A program made the position numbers and the translations under genes. 64,000 nucleotides of DNA from Negaprion brevirostris (taxonomy: Eukaryota), in the NCBI GenBank assembly GCA_030324005.1, contig JARDVH010000124.1, positions 19,597,165 through 19,661,164 of the forward strand, given 5' to 3'. Below, piece by piece: positions 51,494 through 64,000 of the stretch. The first letter of the stretch is position 1. The number at the start of each line of letters is the position of its first letter. Below the pieces are notes generated by a model. The model did no database searches, was not told the DNA's origin, and saw only the letters and a program-made list of their open reading frames with translations.

Positions 51494-52615
51494 TGCTGGT
51501 TTTAAAAGATAAACTGCAGACCTCAAAGGTTTAAACAAAGAGCTTTTATTGAAAGGATGGTAACACCATAGGCTGCTAAGATAGACTGCCTGTTTGCTTG
51601 CGTAAATTGCTGATTACATTGTTAGTGATGTTACATGATCATTCTCTCATAGTGCCTCTGTTCCACTGCATGGCTCCTAGTGAGGAAATACCAGAAATAA
51701 CATGAATACCCAACACTTTTCCTCCCTCCTTTAAATCAAAGGTTCCTGACACCAATAATACGATAACGTTAATCAAAATGAGTAATACAAACAATTGATA
51801 AACAACAACAGTCAATAGGTCAGACATTCTGGAGGCTATCATTCTCTGTGTGGCTATAGATGAACCTCAGGTATCTGTCTTATAGTGTTCACTGCAACCT
51901 CTGGTGTCTTTGGCTTGGTTTGGACATGATCGAGGTTGCCTTAACTGGAGTCAATGTAGTGTTCTGAACTTGACTTGTTGTTGAAAGATTCTCAACTGAG
52001 GGACTGTCTTCCCAAACTGGTTTAGGTATTGTCATATTCACAAGAAGATCTGGGTTTTCTCTTTGAATTGCCTGATGAATGCTCTATGAATTCTGCCTCT
52101 GGCAGAGTGGTCCTTGTTGCCAAAAGTTTATCCACATGTCTTTTCTATATACAATGTCTCGTGTTTGTGTTGGAGGCCAGTCCTGCCTGTACTATGATGT
52201 TGGCAGGTGTCCACTTTTCATATGTGGCAAGTTCCTTGCCAGAAATTCTTGACCCTAATGAAAGACACAATGTTTTGCCATGTTCTATAACATAAGCTGA
52301 TTTTGCTGTTTTTTCTCGAGAATTCCTCTTGTCGTGGGTGGTTTAAACAAATCAAACGCTGTGCCTGGTTGATGTTTAACCATGAGCAACATAGGAGAAA
52401 TTTGGGTTGCTGAGTGATCAGTATTTCTTCCATCAGCAGGAATTGGCTCACTCATTCTGACAATGAGCCTCGTTCTCTAATTACCTTCAACTAATGTTTT
52501 AGCGTTCGTACAAAGTGTTCTGCAGCCTCTTTGTGGCAGGATGATAAGAAGCAGATTGGATGTGTTGAATCCCATTCTTCTTTAAATAGATTATGAATTC
52601 TTGCAAAATGAACTA
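51494..52615 (-). mobile_element. Ty3/Gypsy 3' part: integrase remnant, PPT and 3' LTR
   Basis: Minus strand 52490-52610 gives NGIQHIQSASYHPAT and, after a frameshift, AAEHFVRTLKH (rve core). Purine tract 'aaaggagggaggaaaag' directly precedes TGTTGG at 51715; probable LTR 51494-51715 with AATAAA. Confidence 0.8.
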
Positions 52616-52616
52616 A

Positions 52617-53345
52617 GACTATAAGACCACAAGTAATAGGAACAGGAGTAGTCCATTCGGCCTTTTGAGCCTGCTCCATCATTCAACAGGATCATGGCTG
52701 ATTCAACATTCTCACATCATTTTTCTGCCCTTTCTCCATAACCCTTGATTCCCTGATTGATCAAATCTCTATTTATCTCAGCCTTAAATACACACAAGGA
52801 CTCTGCCTCCATAGGTCTCTGTGGCTAAGAGTTCCAAAGACTCTCAACCCTCAGAGAAGAAATTCCTCTGCATCTCAGTCTTAAATTGGCACCCCTTCAT
52901 TCAAAAATTATACCCTCTGGTCCTGGACTCTCCCATGAGAAGAAATATCCTCTCAGCATTTACTCTGTCAAGCCTCTTAAGAATCCTATATATTTCAATG
53001 ATTTTTTTTTCTAAATTCCAATAAGTAGAGTCCCAAACTGTTTAACCTTTCCTCATAATCTGATTCCTCTATACTGGGGATCATCTCAATGAACCTTCTC
53101 TGAACTGCCTCCAATGAAATGATATCTTTCCTTAAATAAAGGACCAAAACTGCTCACAGTACTCTAGATGTGGTCTCATCAGTACCTTGTACAGTTGCAG
53201 GAAGACTTCCCTACTCTTATACTCCAGCCCCCTTGAAATAATCAGCCTTCCTAATTATTTGCTGCACATGTATACTAGCTTTCTGTGTTCCATGCCATGC
53301 ACAAGTACCCCCCAAGTCCATGTATATTGCAGCTTTCTGCAGTTT
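52617..53345 (-). mobile_element. CR1 LINE 3' part truncating the Gypsy integrase
   Basis: Tail 'ataagaccacaagtaataggaacaggagtagtccattcggcc' followed by ORF2 remnants. Confidence 0.9.
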
Positions 53346-54229
53346 TTATTACAAAAATAATTTTGTTTCAGAACATTTCCACTCCTGTTGACATCAGGTG
53401 GGTTCAGTGACACGAATGGAAAATATCATGAGAAGTGCGAAGTCCCATTTTTACTTCAGAATAAATGCATGAGGTGATTTCCCCTCCTCCTGCCAGTGAC
53501 AGGGTGCATTTCCTGATGTTCAACGTTGGGAACATTTGAATGTATTACCATGTAATTATCAGGCTCCTATGAGGGAATCATCATATCCCAATCAGACAAT
53601 CCATTAACAGTGACATGACAGCAGAATGGCATGAAGCCCAACTGGTCTCCATAGGCGTGCACCTGGCAAGCAGACCTTCCAGGTGAGTACAGCCCTTGGG
53701 GTTCAAGGGTTAACCGGTTTGGTCACTGCACAGTGGGGTGGCACCTTAATCCTTACATTTCTAAGCTGCTAGCGGGTGAATCAGAGATCGTCATTTGAAG
53801 TTTTGTTTTCTAATTCCCATATGGCAGAGAAAGCCATCATTGCCATTGGTGGCTTCAACGCTGCTTTGCCCACCATCAATCTTTGTCGACCTCTGGGAAA
53901 ACTTGCCCATTGTTTAAATTTTATTCACCTATTGGTGGTTGTATTTTACAGCTTTTTTAATTCACTCTTTTTAAAACTGAGTTACAATTGCCATGAGGAC
54001 AATTTCACACAGCATGGGCTGTCATTTTTTTCTTATGGTTTATTGATGCTTATTAGTGCTATGTGTATTTTTTGGCTTATGGCTGGTGAGAAAAAAGTCA
54101 TTGAAGATTTACCTTGTGCACTTTATTTACTCAGGCTAGAACACATTTGCATAGAATTTACAACACTGAAACCGATCTTTGGGCTACTATTTCAAACCAG
54201 TACTCATGCTCCACATGCGCCTGTTCCCA

Positions 54230-54905
54230 CCTCTCGTCATTAAATCATATCAGCATAATCTTATTCAACTTTCTCCGTCATCTGTTTATCTAGTTTCCAC
54301 TTTAAATACAATTATCTTACTTACCCCAACTATCCCTTGTGTTAGTGACTTCCACATTCTAATCATTCTTCAAGTAAAAAAGCTTTTCCTGAATTCTCTA
54401 TTAGTGATTTACCCATATTTATGGCTCTCCACCATAAGTGGAAATAGTTTCTCTGTGTTAACTTGATCACTTTCACTATCTTAACAATCCCTATCAAGTC
54501 ACCCCTCAACTTTTTTTCTTTGAGAGGATTTTTTTCATAGAATCTCTACAATGCAGAAGGAAGCCATTCAGCCCATCGGGTCTGTACTGAATCTCCGAAG
54601 AACACCCCCCACCAATCCCCATAACCTCACACATTTACCATGGGCAATCCACCTAACCTATACATCTTTGGACTGTAGAAGGAAACCAAAGCACCTGGAG
54701 GAAACACATGCTGATACCAGAAGAACATGCAAACTCTACACAGTCACTCAAGGTCAGAATTGAACAAGAATCCTTGGTGCTGTGAAGCTGCAGTACTGAC
54801 CACTGCGCCACTGTGCCACCCATTGTGTAACTTCCCCAGTGCTGCTACATTTTTAAAATGTAAAATGGGGAACCAGAACTCTTCAGAACACCCCCAACTG
54901 TGGTC
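54230..54905 (-). mobile_element. Old CR1 fragment with an HE1-like SINE (54535-54822) inserted
   Basis: 'atcaagtcacccctcaac' lies before the SINE and 'aaccagaactcttcagaacacccc' after it; the SINE has the usual core and head. Confidence 0.8.
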
Positions 54906-55708
54906 TAATCCAGTCATTCCCAGCCTTTTATATGTCAAGGCTCACTTCCTTGCCATACACATTTTTTTCCTCTATCTTCTTCCCCTGCTGAAGGTTAATT
55001 TTTAATTTCTGCCTGTCTTTAGACCTGTTTTTCTAAACCTTGCTCTGTCTCTCTTGCTTCTTCCAGGGCTTTTGGGCCCTTTTTGAATTTCTGCTTTTTG
55101 TATAGGCGCAATGGATCTTTATCTTCAGCTCCAAGTCCCGTCAGTCATGCACTTTGGCCTAACATTAAAAAGCTAACCCGCGCATGTGCAGCTTTTTCCC
55201 AGCCGGTGCATGCACAGGAAGCCCAAGATTGGTTGGGTCTAGGAATCACCAATTACAGAGCTGAAGACAAAGGTTAATTTCAGTTTAATTACATGAATTT
55301 TGAATCATCTCTCACAGCACACTTGGGGGTCTTCACAGCATAAGTGGTTGAGAACCACTAGTGTAAGCAAAGGTCTATATACAGGTTTAAGGTAATAGGC
55401 TGAAGTTATGGAACCCCCTGGAGGTGGAAATGAGGAAGTAATCACTAAGTCAGACAATGGTAAGACAGGAAACCCACTCTCTCCTTCTACTGAGGCCAAT
55501 TAAGCTTGCTAAAAAGGTATTTTCGAGTTTGAGGAAGGTGATGGTGTGCCAGTGAGAAGGTGGAGATATGTTTTAGAAGTTGGCAGTTTCAGATAAGCTG
55601 AGAGGAGGAGGGTATACCGTATGAGGGCTAGGCTATCTCCACAGCCCCATGGGGGTCACTGGGGCAAAGAAGTACTCGGAATTTCAAACTGGGTAATCTT
55701 GACACTGC

Positions 55709-55730
55709 AGAGAGAGAGAGAGAGAGAGAG
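55709..55730. repeat. (AG)n microsatellite
   Basis: About 11 AG units. Confidence 0.9.
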
Positions 55731-56246
55731 GGCATTCAGCATGTGGGATTTGAAAAGAGCTGGCACTCCTTGGCATCGTGGGGCCAGAAAAGCGGGGGGC
55801 AACACTGACAAAGACAATTGGGTAGCCATCTGCTCAGAAGGTAGGCTTCAACTGGCAATTGGGCATCACTCAGATTTTGCACCCAATGGCAGAGAGAGGC
55901 AACACTCCCTCAGGAAAGGCAGACCCTGGGCATTTGGAGGAAATAGGAAAAGAGAGGCAGGCAGACAGTTCACTGGGAAGCAGGAGCCAAGAAAGAATGG
56001 GGTAGAGGCACATGATGTTCAATAGAGAGGTATATCTGCTGCAAACGAGATGGCTTCCTCCTATCAGCATCTGGAACAGGACCTCCCTCCCCTTCCTTAT
56101 GGTGTCCTGCATCGATAAAGTGAGGGTCTGTCCTGAGTGCCAAGCCTCCAACTCTCCTGTGACACCTTGTTTCCCTCTATACTTTGGTGAAAATCGTAAT
56201 TCTGTCCTTCAGGACCTCCAACAGCCTCAGTGATGGTTGACGTGGA

Positions 56247-56371
56247 AGCTGGAATTTTATTGCATCGCCCACCAGAGGCTCATAAGATCCTTCCCGAGGC
56301 CAACGGAGAATGCCATTCTGCAAGCCTCGCCCAACCCAATTCTGGATCAGGCGAGGTATAAAATTCCGGCT
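56247..56371. mobile_element. 125 bp MITE with 14-bp TIRs and 3-bp TSD
   Basis: AGCTGGAATTTTAT (56247-56260) and ATAAAATTCCGGCT (56358-56371) match at 13 of 14 positions; GGA on both flanks. Confidence 0.8.
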
Positions 56372-56587
56372 GGAATATCTAAATAGCCCTAAATTTTACC
56401 TAACCCACTTCCATACCACTCCCACCAACTATAAGTGGACAAGAAACCCATCGCCATATTAAGAGCTCAACGCTGAACTTTAATCAGTTTTTTACCAGGA
56501 GCAAGGTTCCTGACATGTACAAGGAGGGACCCAACTCCCATTTTCCACTCCCATGGCAACATTACTTTCTCTGCTTTTGAATTTTAT

Positions 56588-56927
56588 CCATAGAAACCAT
56601 ACAGTGCAGAAATAGGCCATTCAGCCCATCAAGTTTGCACCATCAACAATCCCACCCAGGCCCTATCCCCGCATCCCTACATATTTACCCGCTAATCCCT
56701 GTAATTTACACATCCCGGGACACTAAGGAGCAATTTAGCTTGGCCAATCAACCTAACCCACACATCTTTAGACTATGGGAGGAAACCAGAACACCCAGAG
56801 GAAACCCACACAGACAAGGGAAGAACGTGCAAACCCCACATAGACAGTGACTTGAGCTGGGAATCAAACCCAGGTCCCTGGAGTTGTGAAGCAGCAGTGC
56901 TAACTACGATACTACCATGCTGCCCAC
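56588..56927 (-). mobile_element. HE1-like V-SINE
   Basis: Near full-length copy, from 'catagaaaccatacagtgcagaaataggcc' to 'accatgctgccc'. Confidence 0.9.
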
Positions 56928-58861
56928 TTAGAAATGAACTCCGGTTTTTAATGGATTTATTAACCTTTGTCAGTTACTATCTTGATAAATGAATTGTCTT
57001 AATGAATCTTCCTTAATTGTATAATTTTGAATATTTCAAATGTGCATTTAATTAAACTTTCTTTAGATTGACCAGGGTTTGACTCACCTCAAAAATCCGA
57101 GCCATGAATGTATAGAAATGATTTGCCCTCCTAATCCTCAAGAGAAACATTAAAACAAATAAACTTGGAAGATTATATGTTACAATCTGTGCTAAAACAC
57201 TTGGGAAATGTAGACTAGAGTCAAAATGAAGGTAGCTGATGAAAGGATTAGGCAAAACACACCAGCTAATTCTGAGCCAGAAAACCTGGCAACAAGGCTG
57301 AATGAACCAGCTACTGAATATAATCAGGCAAGAAACTTATGCGTAGATGATTAAACATCTGTCACATTTATGCTTCTCACATATAAAGGAAAACGCAGTA
57401 AAACCAATTTGTGTCATGAACCTCAATAACAGCAAAATCATCCGATTAATTTCAATAATTCTGAGAAATGGAATGTTCACAATTCACTGGCCATGAACAA
57501 AACACAAACTGGAATTACCAACTTTCCCTTCTTGGCATGCAGCCTGCAGTTTGCTTTCAATAATTATTTCTTAACGAGGCCAACAAGTAACATGTTTTGC
57601 CCAAATGTACTCCGAGGGTGCTGGTGACTTCCAGAATCCTAGAAGTTGATGTTTATTCGTCAAAAGAAAAAAAAGTGACAATATTCCCGATTCAAATAAC
57701 TTTTTGAAAAGCATATAAATATTATAATGAACATGGTGATATTTCTAGTCAAATAAATATGTTGATACAATTTCAAAATTTTAAATTGTAATCATTGAAA
57801 TAATTGGAACTTGGAAATGCTCTACATGCTCATTTCAACTTCTGAAAGTCAGAGCTTTGGAAGATGCTCCATATATATATTTCTACAATTTCAAGGGAAA
57901 TTTCTTGACCAATAGTTTACCACCTTGATCAAAGATAGGGAACTCCCATAGAGATGCCACTGCTTCATTGCTGAAAGTGTAGTAACACCACAGGAGCTCA
58001 CTGCCTGTGTATCTTAATCGCTCCCCTACTGGCTCGTACCTTCCTTGGAGTGGCAACCATTGGCGGACTGCCACACTGGGTGGACTTATCTGTATTAAAA
58101 TTCCAAAGCTCTTGACTTGCCCAATCTTCCTCCCACAAGCTGAGTGAGCCTTGAGTAGTGAAGTGCATCTCCAGCTGCATCAGCGCAGAGTAACTGAGGT
58201 GCAGAGAGGAAATAAATGTATACCTTTGTACAGCAACGGTGGCCTTAAAGAGGGCATTAAAAGGAAGAATTTAAAGGGATAACTTAAAGGAGAAGGAAAG
58301 TGGTGACACGGAGACACACACACACACATACCACCCATCCCGGTGAATGGCTAGAGTCCTGGTGGGGGCGGGAGAGTGGAGTCAGAGCCAGTAGCCAGGG
58401 TTGGGGGTATGGGGAGGGCGGGGAGATTAAATGTACTTTTTTTCCATCTAACTGTCAGAGGAAAAATGGCAGAACCTTCCAAAGTTGGCAATTTAAGTAG
58501 CTTTGTTGGATGGTTCCCAGCTCAGCACAATTGTCCAGGGCAAGGTAGACCTTCTGGGCAACTACTAGGTAAATCCTTACATGGGAACTGCCTAGAGAGA
58601 TTCTGCAGTGCATCATTGGCAGACCTCCCCCAATTTGATGCTGGGGAGAGAATGAAAATGAAATAATGCATCACATTACTGAATTATTTGAAAAGAGGGA
58701 ACAAAAAGCAGAAGGCTAAGAAGGCAAAAAATAAGAATAAACGCTTCCTTTATTTTGTAGATGACAGCTTCCAAATGGCAAGGACAAAATGACAAGTCCT
58801 TACAATTTAATCAGTGATATCTGGCTGCTTGCCCTTGGGAAATTTTTCAGATTTTTCGCAC

Positions 58862-59560
58862 GTCGGTGGAATCTTCTGCCTGAGCAGGTGTGGGAGGAGG
58901 CAGAGAGGCCTGAAAATTGGGTGGGTTGGTGTCAGGACTGATATCAACACCATCCTGCCTCCACTGGCAGTAGGTTCTGAACAGGAGGGCTGCGGTTGAC
59001 ATCTGCACCCTGCCTCCATTTGAGGCCTTTAAGTAGGCAACTGGCAACCACTTCAGGGTCTCTTCCTGCCTCTGCTGCAACTTACGCAGGTTCAAGCGGA
59101 CCTACCGACTAAATTGTGCAGATTGCATGACAGGTGCTGGGGGCGTGTGGGGTTAGGCGTCTCCAATCTGCACTACGTACATGATCGAGGAAAGAGACAT
59201 GGGGCACGCAGGTGGCCAAACAGAAGCCATTCCCTTCTGTTTGCTGCCATCCCCCAGGGACTCTCCTCACCCAGAAACCCCACCTTGCAAGAAAAACCCC
59301 ACCCAAGTGTCGCTCTATCATCTGAGACTTTGGGATGTGTTGCAGCAGTAACCACAGACTCCTTCATGGCATTGCCGAGTGCAAGAACTGCTGGCCTTTG
59401 ATGGGCCAGCAGTTGTAGGTGGGTGGGATGTTGTATCTAAGGGTCTTGAGTTGGAAGGAATGTCTGCCACCATTAAGTGTCAGCACAAGTGTCTTATCAT
59501 TTTTCCAGGCAGCGCAGACACACCCACCAAAAAATGGAAGGTTCCACTCAGTAACTGTGA
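58862..59560. mobile_element. GC-rich interspersed element, probably a non-autonomous DNA transposon
   Basis: Sharp GC-rich block starting 'gtggaatcttc' and ending 'gaaggttccac' (imperfect inverted ends). Confidence 0.5.
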
Positions 59561-59849
59561 ATCTCTCAGTCGATTTTAATTGCTTACCCAGCCTATTTTT
59601 ATCAGGTGGACAAAGGGAAAACCACAACTTTAACTTTCATATCATTCCTTTTAGATAATTTGGTAGTAAGCTTCAAGGAGCTCAGAATAGACTAGATGGC
59701 TGAAAGCCCTCCTTTTCTGCTGTAAGTTTCAGTTAAGTTCTTGCAATACAGTTTAAAGTATATTTTGTTTGAAAAAAAATCCAGTGAGTAAAACAAATTT
59801 CCAAGAACTTGCAAAGATAAAGATGGTTAAGAACAATAACTAACTAGAC

Positions 59850-60280
59850 CACGGCAAGTTAGTATTGTCCATGGTCAGCATGGCTCCCTAAGTTGTCCCC
59901 TGAATTAGTCAGAAGAATGTTGCGTGTCATCCATGCTATCATTTGCACCCAACACAGAAAGCATAACATTGTCAGAGGTGTAATCCTTTGGATGATATGT
60001 TAAACAGAGATATTGTTTGCCTGATCTCATGGATGTTACAAAATCCTGTGATGTTGTTCCAGGAACAGATGGTTTTCCTGGTATCTTGGCCAAAATTTCT
60101 CACTTGGCTACTGCTACCCAAAACATATTAACTAGTCATTTTCCAAATTGCTTTTGGCAGGTATAATTGCCCAAACAATGGCTGCTGTCTTGCTAACATA
60201 ACAACTGTTACTGCATTTCAAGTAATTAATCCTACATGAAGCACTGCAAAACATAATTAGGCATTATATAAATGCATATT
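59850..60280 (+). mobile_element. Old DeuSINE-like copy
   Basis: 'cattgtcagaggtgtaatcctttggatgatatgttaaacagag' and tail 'ggcattatataaatgca'. Confidence 0.7.
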
Positions 60281-61799
60281 TCTCCTCTCAGGGTGACAGC
60301 TTTTCTGTATTCTTCCTTGATGTACTGTAAGCAACTACACAAGCAAAATCTGGTGACTTTCAACCAGGATGCTGAACTATCTCACTTTAATTAACTTGTT
60401 TTAACAGCCAACATTCTCTATGAAATAGAAACCAAGTTCTACCAAAGTAAAACCCATTCTTGTATCATCGTGTAATGATTTGGCAGTTTTATCTTTAACT
60501 TGCTGCTTCACAATTAGTTACTTTTGCTATGAGAAGTAGTGAAAGTAGTAGTCATGTTTTCTTTTAAATTAACTTTCTGATATGATAATCGCCGAATACA
60601 AAAACTCTTCAAATTAATGTTAAATGTCAGTGTAACAAATTTATGACAGAACTAAAATATTGAGAGATTTTTAATTAATTTGTTCCAATTATCTCACCAT
60701 AGTGATATCAGATCCCAAAATTCCAGCTGTCTCAAGCATCCCACTTAAATTGGCCATAATTATATTAGATTTCTTGGTTGTGAAAGAACCAATATTTTGC
60801 CTTGTATTTTCCCCAGAAATTAGAAACAACCACTTCAATAATNNNNNNNNNNNNNNNNNNNNNNNNNNNNNNNNNNNNNNNNNNNNNNNNNNNNNNNNNN
60901 NNNNNNNNNNNNNNNNNNNNNNNNNNNNNNNNNNNNNNNNNNNNNNNNNNNNNNNNNNNNNNNNNNNNNNNNNNNNNNNNNNNNNNNNNNNNNNNNNNNN
61001 NNNNNNNNNNNNNTCAGAACCTCTGCATTTAAAAAAATCCCAAACTCTTTTGCTGCAAACTGCATTGCAAACAGGATTCTCAGTGCATCTCAGTGAGGTG
61101 TTAATGCTTGCTTGTTAGGAGGCAGAAATGTTACCCACTCTGTTGGACTCTCCAACAGTGTGAAAAAATTATTTATTTAACAGTATAGAAGTTTAATCTG
61201 CAACTAAAATGTTTCTGAATTAACATTCAACACCATAAGAAATCGTTCTTTGCTAGTGCAAGTGTTGTAGCAACTTGTTAACTCCCAAATGGACTCTGCT
61301 CATTTTCTAATTGATTAAGTTTTTATGAAGCATGCTGCTGTATAGCTGAATATTTTAGATCCCTGCAGCTGCAGTTGATTCAGGGCCTACTATTGAAACA
61401 ATTCCTAGGGGAAATTTTGGGTAGAAGTTACTACAAAAAGGTCAACAATGCAATTCTCCCAGCTCCCCACCTCACCCTCTGATTGTGCTGCCTGCCACAC
61501 TTGAACAGAACACAGGTTGGAAAATCAGTACTAGTGTTGTACCTAATCTCCAATTCTGCACTCAACTCTCTTTGGAGTTCAGTAAATTTGCTGCATTAAC
61601 ATTAATGTTTATTTCTGTCCAGAAAAAGAAATCGAATAAGTTCACTTTAAAGGTCTGCTGGTTTCATCTGAAACCTTTGTTTACATTTTGAGTGTTCTTA
61701 GAGTCAAAATGAAACCAATCAGTTTATTTTTTAAACTTAATTAACCTCCAATTAATGTGTGTTTTATAACACATTTAAAACAGTTTGTTATTTTTAAGC

Positions 61800-62652
61800 T
61801 GTGATGATACTGTGCCTTTAAGAAATATATTTGGGTTACATTTTTTGTGCAGGATCTGTTTTAGCAGTTTGTTTTATCAATAGCAGTGCTGCTGGGTTTG
61901 TATCCGGCAGCCCTAAATTGTTACTACAGCAGCGTAATTGTTCCCAATTGCTAGAATGTTTGTTAATCTGGACGAATGCTGCTCTGTTGTGTTTAGTGTT
62001 TTCCCCTGGGGTTTTGCAGAGTAGGACTCAATTAGGTTGACCGACAGAAAATCTGGCGACTGAATGAAGCTAGGCTTATACAGAGAAATCAAGCTCAGTC
62101 TGCTGCATGGGATCTTTAGACTGAGGTGGTTTGCTCTGCCTTTTTCTCTCCCTGGAGTTGGAGCCTGGAATTTGCCAGGAAATAAATCTCTTTTTCTATG
62201 ATTCTGCTGTTTGGGGATGGATCTTTCTCTGGAGGTGATTGCATTAGAGTCAGGCGACAGGTGTCTGCTGGATTTCTGTCTATAGGTGTTAAAAACCTGG
62301 AACTCCAGCATCCACATAAGCATATCTGGTTTTGGTGCTAACTGGTCCTGAAGAAGGGATTAATGTCTAAGGAATGCTGCTTACACATTGGAGCTATAGA
62401 AATAGCTAGCTGTTACAAATTATAACTTGTCATGTTTAAGTATTTAAACTGGTAAAAGTTATGCTAAATATTTTTGTTATAGTTTGTGTTCTTAAATAAA
62501 ATTTGTTTTTATAAAAGCTCCCTAGTGTGTCAATTAATTCAAATCTGGAATGGAATATCTTATGCTCACCTTAATGCCAAAATCAAAAGGAAAGATTGAG
62601 GTCTAGGCTAACTTCACAATATACCTTGGAGTTTCTAATCTGGTCCCTAACA
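61800..62652 (+). mobile_element. Solo LTR (853 bp)
   Basis: TG at 61800 and CA at 62652, flanked by a 4-bp duplication AAGC (61796-61799 and 62653-62656); AATAAA at ~62495. Confidence 0.8.
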
Positions 62653-63029
62653 AAGCCAATAATGTATTAATTTGTCATTAATATGTGCAGTAGATATAAG
62701 GTTAAAATTATTTCCCAGGATCTCTAGCTACTGCTCATTGTAGAGTATTATCTAATCATGGCTATGGGGTTGTAGGGACTTTACTGGAAATGGCCACCTG
62801 GATAGGACTTATTAGTAGGAAATGGCTGCTGATTGATGTGTCTCACTATTCATAGCACAGATGAAAAATAGTTGCTCAAGTAAACCTGTGCCGGAGATGT
62901 ACAGAAACATTTTAAACAGTACCCACTTCGCTTGCACGCCTGGTACATTTTATGTTCTGAAGACAATTCAAACATTGTTGACTTAACTCAATGATAGAAG
63001 TTTTGTTTCTGAGTGTGGGTATTAGGACA

Positions 63030-63390
63030 TATTCCAAGAATTGAGTACATGCTCTAGGCTGACACATCAGTGGAATACTGAGGGTATGATGCCATGCCAG
63101 AGATGCTGTCTTTCAAATGAAATGGTAAACTGAGGCCCATCTGTTCAGTTGAATATAAGAGATCCAATGACACCTCTTCAAAGAGCAGTGGGCATTCTCC
63201 CAATATGCTGGCTACCATTCATCCTTCAAACACCACCACCAAAACAGATTCATTGGTTATTTATTTTGTTTGCCGTTTGTGGAACCTTGCTGTGCACAAA
63301 TTGGCTGCCGCATCTGTCTAAAGGACAATAGCAAACACAATCCAAAACAAAAAATTGGATGTAAAGGTTCTGTAGAAATGGTAGTTCTTT
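63030..63390 (+). mobile_element. DeuSINE-like copy
   Basis: 'ggctgacacatcagtggaatactgaggg...taaactgaggccc...gtttgtggaaccttgctgtgcacaaattggctgccg'. Confidence 0.8.
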
Positions 63391-63699
63391 CTTTAAATAT
63401 ATGCAGTACATGCCATTAGTCACAGGGCAGAGGTCAACTATAACAACTGCACATTATATATGTTGTGTCAGGTCCAGGTTCTATATTAAGAATTGACTGA
63501 GCATGAACACACATTTCTGATTTATATTTTTTGGCAGGTGAAACAGTTCCGAATAATAAGGACATGCTGTTGTCAATTACCATTTGGTAGTTTTTTATGC
63601 CCAATCTGATACGTACCTAACACTCAATTGAACAATATTTTGATTTCAGGAGGTACAAAAGGATTAATGGATATGAGATAGGTATTTATGGAAATGATG

Positions 63700-63800
63700 G
63701 AAACACAACAGTGACTACATTTCAAAAATATTCCACTGGCTGTAAAATGCTTTGAGACTTCCAGTGGTCAGGAAGGTACTTTAAAAATAAAAGTTTTTCT
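63700..63800 (+). mobile_element. DeuSINE-like tail fragment
   Basis: 'caacagtgactacatttcaaaaatattccactggctgtaaaatgctttgagac'. Confidence 0.7.
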
Positions 63801-64000
63801 TTTTATCTCATTGTGGTGCCGACCACAGTTCAGATAACGTGTGCTTTTAAGTGATACTGAACTGAATACTGCAGTATCAATACAACAACTTAGCAAGGAG
63901 CTATTTTCAAGTATATGGATCTTATATCAAAGCATTTTATGAAGAGTATTTCATGTCTGGAAACTTGTGTTTCAAAATAGATTGAGAATATATCCACATG

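Noticed and set aside
1-64000. CRISPR arrays, operons, prophage or prokaryotic defence systems
   Set aside because: No regularly spaced repeats and no gene-dense long ORFs; the DNA is eukaryotic and dominated by retroposons.

Overview
This is vertebrate nuclear DNA, not prokaryotic. The repeat content (HE1-type V-SINEs, CR1/HER1 LINEs, Deu- and Meta-type SINEs) points to a cartilaginous fish, probably a shark (inference). The window reads as a large, AT-rich intron or intergenic region of a draft assembly with many N gaps. Much of it is decayed transposons: SINEs, CR1, L2, Rex1/Babar, Penelope-like ends, two Gypsy remnants, a solo LTR, and Harbinger/hAT-like elements and MITEs. Almost all ORFs in the supplied track are spurious or TE-derived. 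One convincing internal coding exon lies on the minus strand (27345-27459), but I cannot name its gene. The most interesting signals are (i) minimal hammerhead-ribozyme motifs in Penelope-like terminal repeats, twice arranged as inverted pairs; (ii) the unassigned exon with possible partner exons; (iii) a cluster of three CpG-retaining hairpins in unique sequence; and (iv) nested insertions that can be ordered in time. I see no evidence for a new multi-gene system. TE family names come from recalled consensus motifs rather than a database search, and TE boundaries are approximate unless termini or TSDs are quoted.
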